From a virus, in IMG/VR virus record IMGVR_UViG_3300030616_000017, positions 1 through 64,000 of that record: 64,000 nucleotides of DNA; one strand, 5' to 3'. The position numbers and the translations under genes were made by a program. Under the pieces are notes generated by a model. It was not told the DNA's origin and made no database searches. It saw only the letters and a list, made by a program, of their open reading frames with translations. Positions 46,417 through 55,120 of this stretch are shown here, piece after piece. Every line of letters begins with the position of its first letter. The stretch's first letter is position 1.

Positions 46417-47826
46417 TTACAGATTGTTAAGCTTCATCCGAACAATATAATTAGAATTGAGAACCTTATTATCACCAAAGTGATAAAGTCCAGTCTCTTT
46501 GTAAGCTTCTTTATATTCCAAAGTTTGAGTTTGATACAGCGGAATCAGCGAACCGAATACAATCGCCATATCGTTGCTTTCACTTGGGTTTCTCCAAACA
46601 CCAATTGCTTCGTCAGCAGGAACAATATTAGCAGGAGCAACATACACCGGCTTGCCAAGAAGCGTACCAGCTCTGTAAATACCTACTTGGGGCTGAGCAC
46701 CGTCCATGGTGAATTTGTCGTGAAGAGTAAGATAAGAGTACACATCAGAACCAACAACGAGATTGTTAATTCCACCTCTTTGAAGAGCTTTGTAGATTAC
46801 CTGACCAGCTTCAGTAAGCTTTCTTGTAAAACTCTGAGCATGGGCAACTTCACTATCAGCACCAGCAGCAGCAAAATCAGCGTTGAACTCGGTAAGGGTG
46901 TTACCCTTTGAATAACGATAAGCCATTCTAACAGCTTGGAAATCAAGAGATTTCTTCAGCTCGTCGCCGGCTCCAGAAAGAAGAGCTTCTTCAGCGTCGA
47001 TGTCAAGAGTAGTACCAAGCAGAAGCTCAGTCATCTTACTCCAAGACACATACAGCGGCCAAGGTTTGGCTCTCAGCTGGTAGTCACGAAGTTGTAACTC
47101 AACAGCTTCAATTTCATCAGTGGTTTCTTCAGAGTCGAAGAAGTACTGAACAACAACAGCAGTAGGAGTAAGTGAATCAAAATTCACAGTTACGCCACCA
47201 CTTGCAGTGTATTCAACGGTATTAGTCCCGCTTGAAAGAGCATCACCAACAAGATTACCACTACCGTCATCAACAGCAACGGGGGTATTGTCAGCAAGAA
47301 TCTTGACTGAGAAGGGGCGAAGAGGCCCATTAGCTACAGTAAGGGTCCAAGGACCGGTACCAGAACCAGAAGCTGATTCTTCTTCCATTTCAGAAGCATA
47401 ACGATAAGCTGAACTTTCGTGAGTTACATTACCATCGGTAGCTCCTCTATTGGTGGCAGCATAAACAGGGCTGAGGTAGTAAATACTATCTCTTGCAGTT
47501 ACCATCGGATAGTCGTGGAAGATTTCTCCTCTTACACTATTCGGATAACCAAGTCTGACAACGCGAAGAACGTTTTCAGGGGTTGTTGAGAACGCACTAG
47601 AGATCTGAGTCTCAGTGAGTCTTGATAGGTGGCGTTCTTGGTTTTCTAACATAATAGCAAGGCCACGAGCCTTTTGCTCATCTTTTTCCATGAGCTTATC
47701 CATGTTAGTTCCTACGCCGGGATCTTTCGACCATTTTTCAAAAAGCTGATTACCAATCTGCTTGTATTCAGAGAGGTTCTGCTTTTCTTGTTCTTTAAGA
47801 ACTTTTTCTTGCATAGCTTTACGCAT
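46417..47826 (-). CDS. Major capsid protein (T4 gp23-like HK97 fold)
   Basis: LAIMLENQ...LTE cleavage region, VVRLGYPN...HDYPM....IYYL, WS......L.....IDAEEAL, GIYRAGTL, LIPLY; strong RBS and terminator. Confidence 0.92.
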   Translation of the reverse strand: MRKAMQEKVLKEQEKQNLSEYKQIGNQLFEKWSKDPGVGTNMDKLMEKDEQKARGLAIMLENQERHLSRLTETQISSAFSTTPENVLRVVRLGYPNSVRGEIFHDYPMVTARDSIYYLSPVYAATNRGATDGNVTHESSAYRYASEMEEESASGSGTGPWTLTVANGPLRPFSVKILADNTPVAVDDGSGNLVGDALSSGTNTVEYTASGGVTVNFDSLTPTAVVVQYFFDSEETTDEIEAVELQLRDYQLRAKPWPLYVSWSKMTELLLGTTLDIDAEEALLSGAGDELKKSLDFQAVRMAYRYSKGNTLTEFNADFAAAGADSEVAHAQSFTRKLTEAGQVIYKALQRGGINNLVVGSDVYSYLTLHDKFTMDGAQPQVGIYRAGTLLGKPVYVAPANIVPADEAIGVWRNPSESNDMAIVFGSLIPLYQTQTLEYKEAYKETGLYHFGDNKVLNSNYIVRMKLNNL

Positions 47827-47970
47827 GACTGTTTTTTTCTCCTATAAGGTTTTTAAAAGTTATACTTTCGAAGGCAGGACCTCTTATATTAAAAGAAGGC
47901 ACTCAACTTCACTTTTTTTCGGCTCTTATTTGAAAGAAACCTCTAATACTTTTATACTATCATTTCTTTA

Positions 47971-47982
47971 TATTATGTTAGT
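47971..47982 (-). promoter_or_regulatory. Late-promoter motif variant ACTAACATAATA (capsid gene promoter)
   Basis: One mismatch; between the hsp20 terminator and the capsid gene. Confidence 0.65.
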
Positions 47983-48006
47983 AGTATTTTTTCAGAAAAG
48001 TTACAT

Positions 48007-48033
48007 AAAAAAAGGAGGCTTAGTAGCCTCCTT
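48007..48033 (-). terminator. Rho-independent terminator after hsp20
   Basis: AAGGAGGCT-N4-AGCCTCCTT then TTTTT on the minus strand. Confidence 0.85.
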
Positions 48034-48036
48034 AAT

Positions 48037-48447
48037 TTAAGTTAGTTTCAATCGTTTTGGTTTTAGGTCTTCTTTAGCTGGAATAAAAATAGTTAGAATT
48101 CCATTGCTTAGTGAAGCACTTGCTTTATCCACATTGTACTTGGACTGTGGAATAGCATACTTAGTTACAGAAGAAGAAGTTTTAATCCCTTTGTGTAGTA
48201 CTTTCAACTTCCCTTCCATTTCCGTTTTTACAGAAGGTAGAGTTAGTTTTAGAGCATCATTCTCAAACTCAATCTCCACTTCTTCTTTGTCATACCCCGC
48301 TACAGCAAAACGAAAAGTAATATCTTTCGTTTCTTCATCAATAATGACATCGTAAGGGGGAAATGTTGGGTAAGGAAAATCCTCTACCTCAAAACCTTTG
48401 AACACTTGATCAAATAGATCAAACACGTTGTAAATAGAACGATTCAT
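48037..48447 (-). CDS. hsp20: Small heat-shock protein (Hsp20/IbpA-like)
   Basis: FPPYDV, AVAGY.KEE..I, LHKGI, ASLSNGILTI.IP alpha-crystallin motifs. Confidence 0.92.
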   Translation of the reverse strand: MNRSIYNVFDLFDQVFKGFEVEDFPYPTFPPYDVIIDEETKDITFRFAVAGYDKEEVEIEFENDALKLTLPSVKTEMEGKLKVLHKGIKTSSSVTKYAIPQSKYNVDKASASLSNGILTIFIPAKEDLKPKRLKLT

Positions 48448-48449
48448 AG

Positions 48450-48508
48450 TATAAACCTCCTTGAAGCGTTTATATAAATATATTTAAGACCTTCATACGA
48501 AGCGTCTC
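48450..48508 (-). promoter_or_regulatory. Twin bulged-G hairpins in the hsp20 5'UTR, the second occluding the SD (ROSE-like RNA thermometer candidate)
   Basis: AGAC-G-CUUC GUAU GAAG-GUCU and UAUAAAC-G-CUU CAAG GAG-GUUUAUA immediately before the AUG. Confidence 0.6.
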
Positions 48509-48540
48509 TTTGTTCTATATTTGTATATGTAATAATATCA

Positions 48541-48564
48541 AACCTCTCTCTAAAAAGAGAGAGG
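48541..48564 (-). terminator. Hairpin / terminator after the head-gene operon
   Basis: CCTCTCTC-N6-GAGAGAGG followed by TTT. Confidence 0.55.
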
Positions 48565-48598
48565 AAAAATATTACAACATTTTTTATGATGTTAAATC

Positions 48599-48907
48599 TT
48601 AGGTGTCTGCTTCGCTGTCTGAATTACCATCTCTCTGAGCAATCACAACAATTTGCTGATCTTCAGTGAGAGAGTATGACCCGCCGTTTTCAATCTTAAC
48701 TTGACCTTCATCAGGGTAAGTAATCACTGCGCCCGTCATAGCTACGACAGCGCCTGATGAACTAAGGGTCATCACAGTAGAAGCTAAAAGATAATCGTCT
48801 ACTTGAAAGTCAATTAGAAGTTCTCCATCGCTGGCATCTCCCGCTGTAACTGTATGTCGATATCCAAAGCTAACACCGTTGGTTGGTCTGGCTAGTACTG
48901 TACTCAT
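48599..48907 (-). CDS. Putative head decoration / small beta-rich virion protein
   Basis: 102 aa, beta-rich, between protease-scaffold and capsid genes. Confidence 0.45.
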   Translation of the reverse strand: MSTVLARPTNGVSFGYRHTVTAGDASDGELLIDFQVDDYLLASTVMTLSSSGAVVAMTGAVITYPDEGQVKIENGGSYSLTEDQQIVVIAQRDGNSDSEADT

Positions 48908-48939
48908 TCTTTTTCTCCTTTATAATTGTCTTTAATATT

Positions 48940-49242
48940 TTAGTGGTTAATTTCTTCTTGTATAGAAACTGACCCAACCCAGTTAACACTTCTCAAAGCC
49001 TGTAGTTCTGAATTATCTACTTCAACCCAGAATACCATATTCTTAGGATCCATTACAGGCTCTTCGAAAGCAATACCGAGATTATCTAACACTTTCTTCA
49101 CCTGACTCTGAGCTCTCTTGTCTCTAGGGTCAGTCATAATCATGATATCATTTGAAGCTCGTTCTCTCAATTCGAGATCTTTTTGAAACTTTTCAAAAGC
49201 AAGACCTTCTTCTATAGATGAAAAATCTCGGATTTTCCTCAT
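48940..49242 (-). CDS. Hypothetical protein (MRKIRDFSSIEE leader)
   Basis: Shares QVKKVLD...F.E with the cargo domain of 29029-29337. Confidence 0.6.
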   Translation of the reverse strand: MRKIRDFSSIEEGLAFEKFQKDLELRERASNDIMIMTDPRDKRAQSQVKKVLDNLGIAFEEPVMDPKNMVFWVEVDNSELQALRSVNWVGSVSIQEEINH

Positions 49243-49246
49243 GATC

Positions 49247-50788
49247 TTACAGCCATCCTTCTCTGATTTTCATACCTGAACTAAGATAAGCTTTTTCTCT
49301 TTCTGTTCCTTTGTCATCTTCCTTGATAAGAGGAATTTTATGATAAGGAGAAGGAGAATCTTCAATTAAGTCTTTCAGAGAAAGGTACGTTCTTTGAGCT
49401 TCCATAAGAGTTCTGCACTTGAGAATTTGCTCTTTGATCTTTTTCATATTAGGATAGCGATCAACCATTCTTTCATAGTAATCTCTTACGGATGCAGTTG
49501 CGCTTTCTAAAAGATCATCGTTCTGTTCTTCCTCTTCTTCAACCTGCTCTTCAACTACCTCATCCTCTACCTTTTCTTCTACCTCTTCTTCTTTTTTCTT
49601 CTTTATTTTCTTTGTAGGTTTGTCTACCTTTTGAGATTCTTCAACTTGCTTTTTAAGCTCTCTGATTTTTTCTTTGAGCTCTTCAATCTCTTCCTCTTTT
49701 TCTTCTGTATAATGATACAGCTCATTGTACTCGGAGGCTTTTACCATACCGTTTTTCTCTGCAAGAGCGGTATCATACATTTCCTTAAACTTTTCTTCTC
49801 TAAGTTTAAGATCATCCAGCATCTGCGCGGCCTTCTCGTACTTGACTTTAACCGCTTCATATTTTTGAGTTACTTCTTCAATTTGTTCAGTAAGAGTTGT
49901 TTTCTCTTTTTCCACAGACTCTACAGATTCTTTTAACTTATCTGTCTCTTTACCTTTTATAGCTAACTCGTAAAGGGTATCATTAATTTCTTTGATTTTA
50001 GCGTTTGCTTCTTCAAGATACTCTTGTACAAAAGAACTTTCAGCGTCTTCGCAATACTCTACGATTTCTTGGTAAACAGAAAGCTTGTCTTTTAGATCTT
50101 CTGTAGCATCTGCACTTTCGAAAAGATGCTTTAGCCCAAGCTTTAAATTCTTCTCTGCAAGAGTAAGCTTCTTCTCTTTTGTGGGATTCTCAGCCATTGC
50201 TTTCTCCTTTTTTTCTTCGACTTTTTCTTCTACTTTTTTCTCAGCAGACTCTTTATCCTCTTCTTTCTCTTCTTTTTTTGATTCTTTAGATGCAAACACT
50301 TGGTAAGACGGTTGGTCTACCCAATCTGCATATCTCTCAATTTCAAATCCTTCTTCTAAAACGGTGCCATTATCATCAACATCACCATAAGCTGAACTTG
50401 ATAATCCTATTTGGCCGCCCGCTTCTAAAATCTCATTAGCAAGTTCGCCATTCTTCCCTACTAGATAAGCATCTACATACATAATCCCCTCTCGCACATG
50501 AGGATTTTTCTCCACTGCGAAAGTGTTAAGTACGTCTGCTTCGTCTTTAGGATGATTGGCTAGCCCTAATGTTACCGCACTTTCCTTCATCAGTTTTTCA
50601 GCTAATTTAGATGAATAAATTCTTTCATTCAGGTTTTTCTGATCTAGTCTCCAAACCGGAATTTCATACGCCCCTCTACACTTGTAAGTGGTGCCATCTT
50701 GTTCAAGTAAAGCCTCACTTTCTGTTAGAGGAAGTTTCTTTATATCATCTTTTTTGACTGTAAATCTTTCTTGAAGTTTTTGTCTCAT
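49247..50788 (-). CDS. Prohead protease (gp21-like) fused to coiled-coil scaffold (gp22-like); start revised to ATG 50788
   Basis: NLNERIY, GLANHP (His), GLSSSAYG (Ser), DWVDQPS, then about 330 aa of E/K coiled coil; AAGGAGA RBS before MRQKLQE. Confidence 0.88.
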   Translation of the reverse strand: MRQKLQERFTVKKDDIKKLPLTESEALLEQDGTTYKCRGAYEIPVWRLDQKNLNERIYSSKLAEKLMKESAVTLGLANHPKDEADVLNTFAVEKNPHVREGIMYVDAYLVGKNGELANEILEAGGQIGLSSSAYGDVDDNGTVLEEGFEIERYADWVDQPSYQVFASKESKKEEKEEDKESAEKKVEEKVEEKKEKAMAENPTKEKKLTLAEKNLKLGLKHLFESADATEDLKDKLSVYQEIVEYCEDAESSFVQEYLEEANAKIKEINDTLYELAIKGKETDKLKESVESVEKEKTTLTEQIEEVTQKYEAVKVKYEKAAQMLDDLKLREEKFKEMYDTALAEKNGMVKASEYNELYHYTEEKEEEIEELKEKIRELKKQVEESQKVDKPTKKIKKKKEEEVEEKVEDEVVEEQVEEEEEQNDDLLESATASVRDYYERMVDRYPNMKKIKEQILKCRTLMEAQRTYLSLKDLIEDSPSPYHKIPLIKEDDKGTEREKAYLSSGMKIREGWL

Positions 50789-50833
50789 AATAATTGACTT
50801 CTCCTTAATCGCTTTCCAATACAAAACTTTATA

Positions 50834-50845
50834 TATTATTTTAGT
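50834..50845 (-). promoter_or_regulatory. Late-promoter motif variant ACTAAAATAATA
   Basis: One mismatch; upstream of the protease. Confidence 0.6.
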
Positions 50846-50863
50846 AGCGATTTCTCAAAAATA

Positions 50864-52663
50864 TTAACCTTTTAGAGCTTTTACCCTATCTTTGCTGATA
50901 ACTTGTAACAGTTCTCTCTGTTGCCTGCTCATGTTGGACGAACAATAGAAATGATTATTAGCTAATACCCCTTCTTTAAGAGATTTTTTAGCTTGAAAAA
51001 GAGCTTCTGTGATTAAATCATGGAACTCTTCCTCGTTATAACTTTCTAAAATCTTATTAGTTTTATTTTTCTTAGTTTGTGCCCACAAACTTCCACTTGT
51101 CTCTTCCTCTTCTTCTCCGCCGCTCTCTCTTGCTTTAATAACTGCACCTACCCATTCGTCGATATCTTCGGAATTTAAGAATGAGAGTTTACTAAAGATT
51201 TTTTTGACTACATCTGGGGGAAGCGCTTCTCCTCTATCAAGCCCTAGAGCTTGACCTAAATTATCGATGGTGTCTTTAGCTAATCTTAAAGTATCGTTCT
51301 TAGTCTGTGTTCTATCTCTACTTTCTTCCACCATTGGATAATTCATAGAGAGTTCAAAATCTTCATCATAATCGAAAGCGCCTGTCATTGCAAATTGATT
51401 TCTAACAAGCTGTGTGAGCTCCTCAAGAATTGCAGATTGAAGTCGATAGACAGCTCTTGCAAAAGGCTTATGTTGTCGTAAAAGTGACTGCCCGCTAGTA
51501 CCAAAACTGGACCTATCTACTACCAGATAACCTTTAGGCACTCTTGTACCCATAATAAGATCATCTCGCAATAGCTCTATATCTGCTATATCGTCTAAGT
51601 TCATACGGCTTTCTATTTGGTCAACAGATATAAGTCCTGAGGGGGTCCAAATAGAGGAATTAGCCGCAAATTCTTCTTTGCCTGAAGGATCATTTCCTAA
51701 ATTATTAAATTCTTCTATCGCCTCTTGCACTTTTTCCCATTGAGATACTGCATCTACTTCATCTCCTGTCTCTACCTCGTAGTGACGAATAGGGAAGCTA
51801 GTGGCTCTTGCTAATGCCATGAGATTTTTCGCAGCTTGAAGTTGGCGGAACGGTGCTAAAGAATTAATAAGTAAGGGTCTACCAAAAGGCCAAAATTCAC
51901 TCTGTGTAGTAAAGGAGCGGAAATGTAGGAGGTTCCATGGCGGTAAATAAAGTTTAGCCCCTAAATCGAATCCAAAAAGATAAGACTTGAATGCTTGAGC
52001 TGTCATCTCTACATCTTCACTTTGCAGAATTTTAGAAAGAGCTACAAGACGGGAATCGCTCTGTAAAAATGTGCTGAATTTCTTCTTTTTATTCTGTTTA
52101 CTCATTTGAGAGGCTTTGAATTCAAACCTCTCTTTTACATCGTATACGTCAATAGGCACCAACTCTGTATAGCCTTCTTCTCTGTTGGAAGGGGCTACAA
52201 TAAAATCATCGCCATAAAGGGCTAACCCCCAAGCAATGTTACGAAGAATAGAAGAGTTAAGCCCTATTTTTTCAAAAAATTCTACAATATATTTTCTTAC
52301 TTTTCTGTCTTTAGCGTCTACTTTGATGATTTCTTTTTGGGAATCGTCTTGCACCACTTCGTCAGCGTACAATTCTACTGTCATGGAAATAATGCTATTA
52401 TTGTAATAAGCGTATTCTAAAGCCGCATACCTCTCCAATCTATTTTTTAGCGTTTCGGAATTTTCATACGTATCCGCTAAATACATAGTATAAAGCTTCT
52501 GCAGTTCATCAGGAAGCTTTATTGCAAGAGGTGATTTTTCTTTTCTATCTGGCTTCTTTTCGCCGGGTACTGGAATAGTTACGTCGCTATTTTTGTATGT
52601 TTGCGACGCTATTCCAAAAATATTTCTTAGACTATTTAAAAAACCCTTTTGTGATTTGGCCAT
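50864..52663 (-). CDS. Portal protein (T4 gp20-like)
   Basis: ELYADE, YGDDF, LHFR.....PFGRP, RQL, DIADIE.L.......VPKGYL, FARAVYRLQ. Confidence 0.92.
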   Translation of the reverse strand: MAKSQKGFLNSLRNIFGIASQTYKNSDVTIPVPGEKKPDRKEKSPLAIKLPDELQKLYTMYLADTYENSETLKNRLERYAALEYAYYNNSIISMTVELYADEVVQDDSQKEIIKVDAKDRKVRKYIVEFFEKIGLNSSILRNIAWGLALYGDDFIVAPSNREEGYTELVPIDVYDVKERFEFKASQMSKQNKKKKFSTFLQSDSRLVALSKILQSEDVEMTAQAFKSYLFGFDLGAKLYLPPWNLLHFRSFTTQSEFWPFGRPLLINSLAPFRQLQAAKNLMALARATSFPIRHYEVETGDEVDAVSQWEKVQEAIEEFNNLGNDPSGKEEFAANSSIWTPSGLISVDQIESRMNLDDIADIELLRDDLIMGTRVPKGYLVVDRSSFGTSGQSLLRQHKPFARAVYRLQSAILEELTQLVRNQFAMTGAFDYDEDFELSMNYPMVEESRDRTQTKNDTLRLAKDTIDNLGQALGLDRGEALPPDVVKKIFSKLSFLNSEDIDEWVGAVIKARESGGEEEEETSGSLWAQTKKNKTNKILESYNEEEFHDLITEALFQAKKSLKEGVLANNHFYCSSNMSRQQRELLQVISKDRVKALKG

Positions 52664-52690
52664 ACTATCTCTCTACCTTAAATAAGTGTA

Positions 52691-52702
52691 TATTATATTA
52701 GT
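52691..52702 (-). promoter_or_regulatory. Late-promoter motif ACTAATATAATA
   Basis: Exact copy upstream of the portal. Confidence 0.75.
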
Positions 52703-52715
52703 AGAAAGAAAGCAA

Positions 52716-52922
52716 TTAGTAAAATCTTTTATTTTGCTTTTTATGTGTTTTTATCCTTGTCTGGTTCCAGCTGTATGGAATTTGAATAGAAGTGGTAAAC
52801 ATTCTATACGCAGTTTCTGTGTTGCAAATAGGGCATAGAACTACTTTAGGATGTTCATCTTGCATAGGAAACTCTTTCTCTACAACTTCTCCGCAGGCTT
52901 CACACTTGTAAGAATACTTCAA
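52716..52922 (-). CDS. FmdB-family zinc-ribbon protein
   Basis: YSYKCEACG...E......CPIC. Confidence 0.8.
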   Translation of the reverse strand: MKYSYKCEACGEVVEKEFPMQDEHPKVVLCPICNTETAYRMFTTSIQIPYSWNQTRIKTHKKQNKRFY

Positions 52923-53902
52923 AGTATCAACTCCTTAATTTTATCTTGTATGGTTGGATTATTGATTTTCTTTACAGTAAAGAACTTTTCAAGATAGCTC
53001 GCTAAGTCTTCTTTCTCCCCTACCACTACTCCTACCTCTTTATCCTCCGTTTCTTCATTAGGCTTGAACCACTGATTTATATAAATCTCTCCGTATTTGT
53101 GCTTAATAGAAGGAAGGTCGGGAGCATTGTACACATTATAAATAGGATAAGGACAATCCTGTCTATCGAGAGGTTTCACATTACCTGTCGTAGCCTTATT
53201 ATAATCAACCTCATAAAAATCAATAAACTTCGGGATTTCTTGTACTTCTTCTTCTCCTGTTTCAGTATCAATGAGGTTAAGTGTACAAGTAATTCCCTTT
53301 TCATCACTTCTTGTAATGGTATTTACTCCTACATAACCTTCACTTAAATTAGGAATATGGTAATGCCCCATACGTCGAATACCTGATAAAGCATCAATAT
53401 CTACTTTATCTCCAAACATCTCTTTATGAAAGAAGTGTCCGAAAATATAATTAAACTCTATCTCTTTGTGCCCCTCTACCCATTCTTCGTAATACTCCTG
53501 CTGGGATTTTCCTCCGTAAAAACCAGGAGGAATAGCAGGAAGAAGAGCTATTTTTATTTTGTCAATATCTGCCATTTGAGGAGTACGGACAATTTCTACA
53601 TTGGAATGCTCTTCAAGAGGATCAACTGCATACGTTTCTTTAACTCTATTTATCTCATGCACTCCATTACCGGCAAGCACATAAATTCTTTTAAAGTTCA
53701 AAGAATTAAAAAAGCGATGGGCGAGCTGGTATTCCTTAGGGCTGGGACTTCTTCTATGAAAAAAATCTCCTACATGAACAGCATAATTTTCTTCATTATT
53801 CCATTCCTGTTTCGCAACCCAGTCAAAATAGTCTTTCTTTGCAGAAAAGTACGGTTCTTCGAAACGAACGTGGTCATCTCCAAATACAATAAGTTTACTC
53901 AT
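52919..53902 (-). CDS. Metallophosphoesterase nuclease (Mre11/SbcD/gp47-like)
   Basis: GDDH, GDFFH, GNG.H, GHFFH, GHYH motifs. Confidence 0.8.
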   Translation of the reverse strand: MSKLIVFGDDHVRFEEPYFSAKKDYFDWVAKQEWNNEENYAVHVGDFFHRRSPSPKEYQLAHRFFNSLNFKRIYVLAGNGVHEINRVKETYAVDPLEEHSNVEIVRTPQMADIDKIKIALLPAIPPGFYGGKSQQEYYEEWVEGHKEIEFNYIFGHFFHKEMFGDKVDIDALSGIRRMGHYHIPNLSEGYVGVNTITRSDEKGITCTLNLIDTETGEEEVQEIPKFIDFYEVDYNKATTGNVKPLDRQDCPYPIYNVYNAPDLPSIKHKYGEIYINQWFKPNEETEDKEVGVVVGEKEDLASYLEKFFTVKKINNPTIQDKIKELIL

Positions 53903-53929
53903 TTACACTCCTTTTAAAATATTTTTATC

Positions 53930-54208
53930 TTACAGGGGGGCATCCATTTGGGGACCACCTGTAAATCGGGTTTCTTTAATAGGGGTTATTTGCTCTTCCT
54001 TCTTAACTGTTTTCAACTGTTGCTCATCAAAATATTCTCCAATTGGCAACTCCATCTTTGTATCTTTTTTAAAAATAATTTTCGGTTTAACACAATACTG
54101 AATACATTCATTAAAATATTGCACTCTGGCAGTTACAGTTCCCTTAAACCCAGTAACAATATCCTCTACCTGTTCTCCAAGATCAAACTTAAAATAAACT
54201 TCACTCAT
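53930..54208 (-). CDS. Hypothetical protein (SH3-like)
   Basis: LG..V.D.VTGF.G.V.AR..YFN.C..Y.V.P...FDE..L, a pattern common in phages. Confidence 0.65.
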   Translation of the reverse strand: MSEVYFKFDLGEQVEDIVTGFKGTVTARVQYFNECIQYCVKPKIIFKKDTKMELPIGEYFDEQQLKTVKKEEQITPIKETRFTGGPQMDAPL

Positions 54209-54221
54209 ACTATTTATCTCC

Positions 54222-54635
54222 TTATAATAGTTTTAAATTACCAGTAATTTTATTAATTTCTTCAGACTTTGCAGGGCCTATAGCAATACAAGTAGGTGTT
54301 TTTACACCATGAAATTCAGTTAAGCCGCTATCTACAATATAAGAACAAGGTAAATTTCTTTTTTCAGCTTCCCTGTATAATTCATTTAACTCTTCCTCTG
54401 AATTACAGCTTACTACTACTTTAGTAAAAAGACCCTCCATCCAATCTCTCATATCTTCTGTTATATTCTGAATAACGCAATAATACTGATTCTCAACCCC
54501 AGCATCGATATCCATTACAGTAATATTGTCAAAAAATACTTTCATAGAAGCATGTGCTGATTGAGCTGCAATTTTTCCTTTACGCATTTTAAGGTCTTTT
54601 CTTACTACTATAACTTGTTTAATTTCTTCACTCAT
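54222..54635 (-). CDS. pth2: Peptidyl-tRNA hydrolase Pth2
   Basis: KQVIVVRKDLKMRKGKIAAQSAHA, KVVV, DSGLTEF, TCIAIGP. Confidence 0.92.
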   Translation of the reverse strand: MSEEIKQVIVVRKDLKMRKGKIAAQSAHASMKVFFDNITVMDIDAGVENQYYCVIQNITEDMRDWMEGLFTKVVVSCNSEEELNELYREAEKRNLPCSYIVDSGLTEFHGVKTPTCIAIGPAKSEEINKITGNLKLL

Positions 54636-54644
54636 ATTTTTTCC

Positions 54645-55070
54645 TTATATATAACATACTCGAATTTCTATGTTTGTATTTCTAAAAACTTCCTTTATGT
54701 CTTCCTCTGTAATCTCCCAGGGAAGCTGATCTAAACCTGAACCAATTTTAGGCATTACAATATGTTTAATTCCAGTATTCATTGCTATATATTTCATATC
54801 ATGTAAAGCATAAAAAAGATCCTGTTGTTTAGGCTTCCCAGATGATCTGGCCTTTGTAATAAGATTAAAAACTCCATGATGAAGAATACACGTAGGGTAT
54901 TTCCTTTCCTGTTCAGAGTATATGTCTTTCATCTCATAAAGATTAAACTTTTTTTTAATTGGTACAGCAATACCAGCCCCCATTCTACAATCAGATGCAA
55001 TACAATGAGCAACATGGTACTTATTAAAATCAACTGTAAAAATATCTCGCTTTTCTATGCTGTATATCAT
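54645..55070 (-). CDS. Macrodomain ADP-ribose hydrolase (TARG1/DarG/Poa1p-like)
   Basis: DIF, AHCIASDCRMGAGIA, NLITK, MPKIGSGLDQLPW. Confidence 0.88.
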   Translation of the reverse strand: MIYSIEKRDIFTVDFNKYHVAHCIASDCRMGAGIAVPIKKKFNLYEMKDIYSEQERKYPTCILHHGVFNLITKARSSGKPKQQDLFYALHDMKYIAMNTGIKHIVMPKIGSGLDQLPWEITEEDIKEVFRNTNIEIRVCYI

Positions 55071-55091
55071 TTTTTTTCTCCTTATTTATAT

Positions 55092-55120
55092 AATATAACC
55101 AAAAAATCATATATTTTCAA
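55092..55120 (-). promoter_or_regulatory. Sigma-70-type promoter TTGAAA-N17-TATATT
   Basis: Upstream of the macro-pth2-nuclease operon. Confidence 0.65.
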
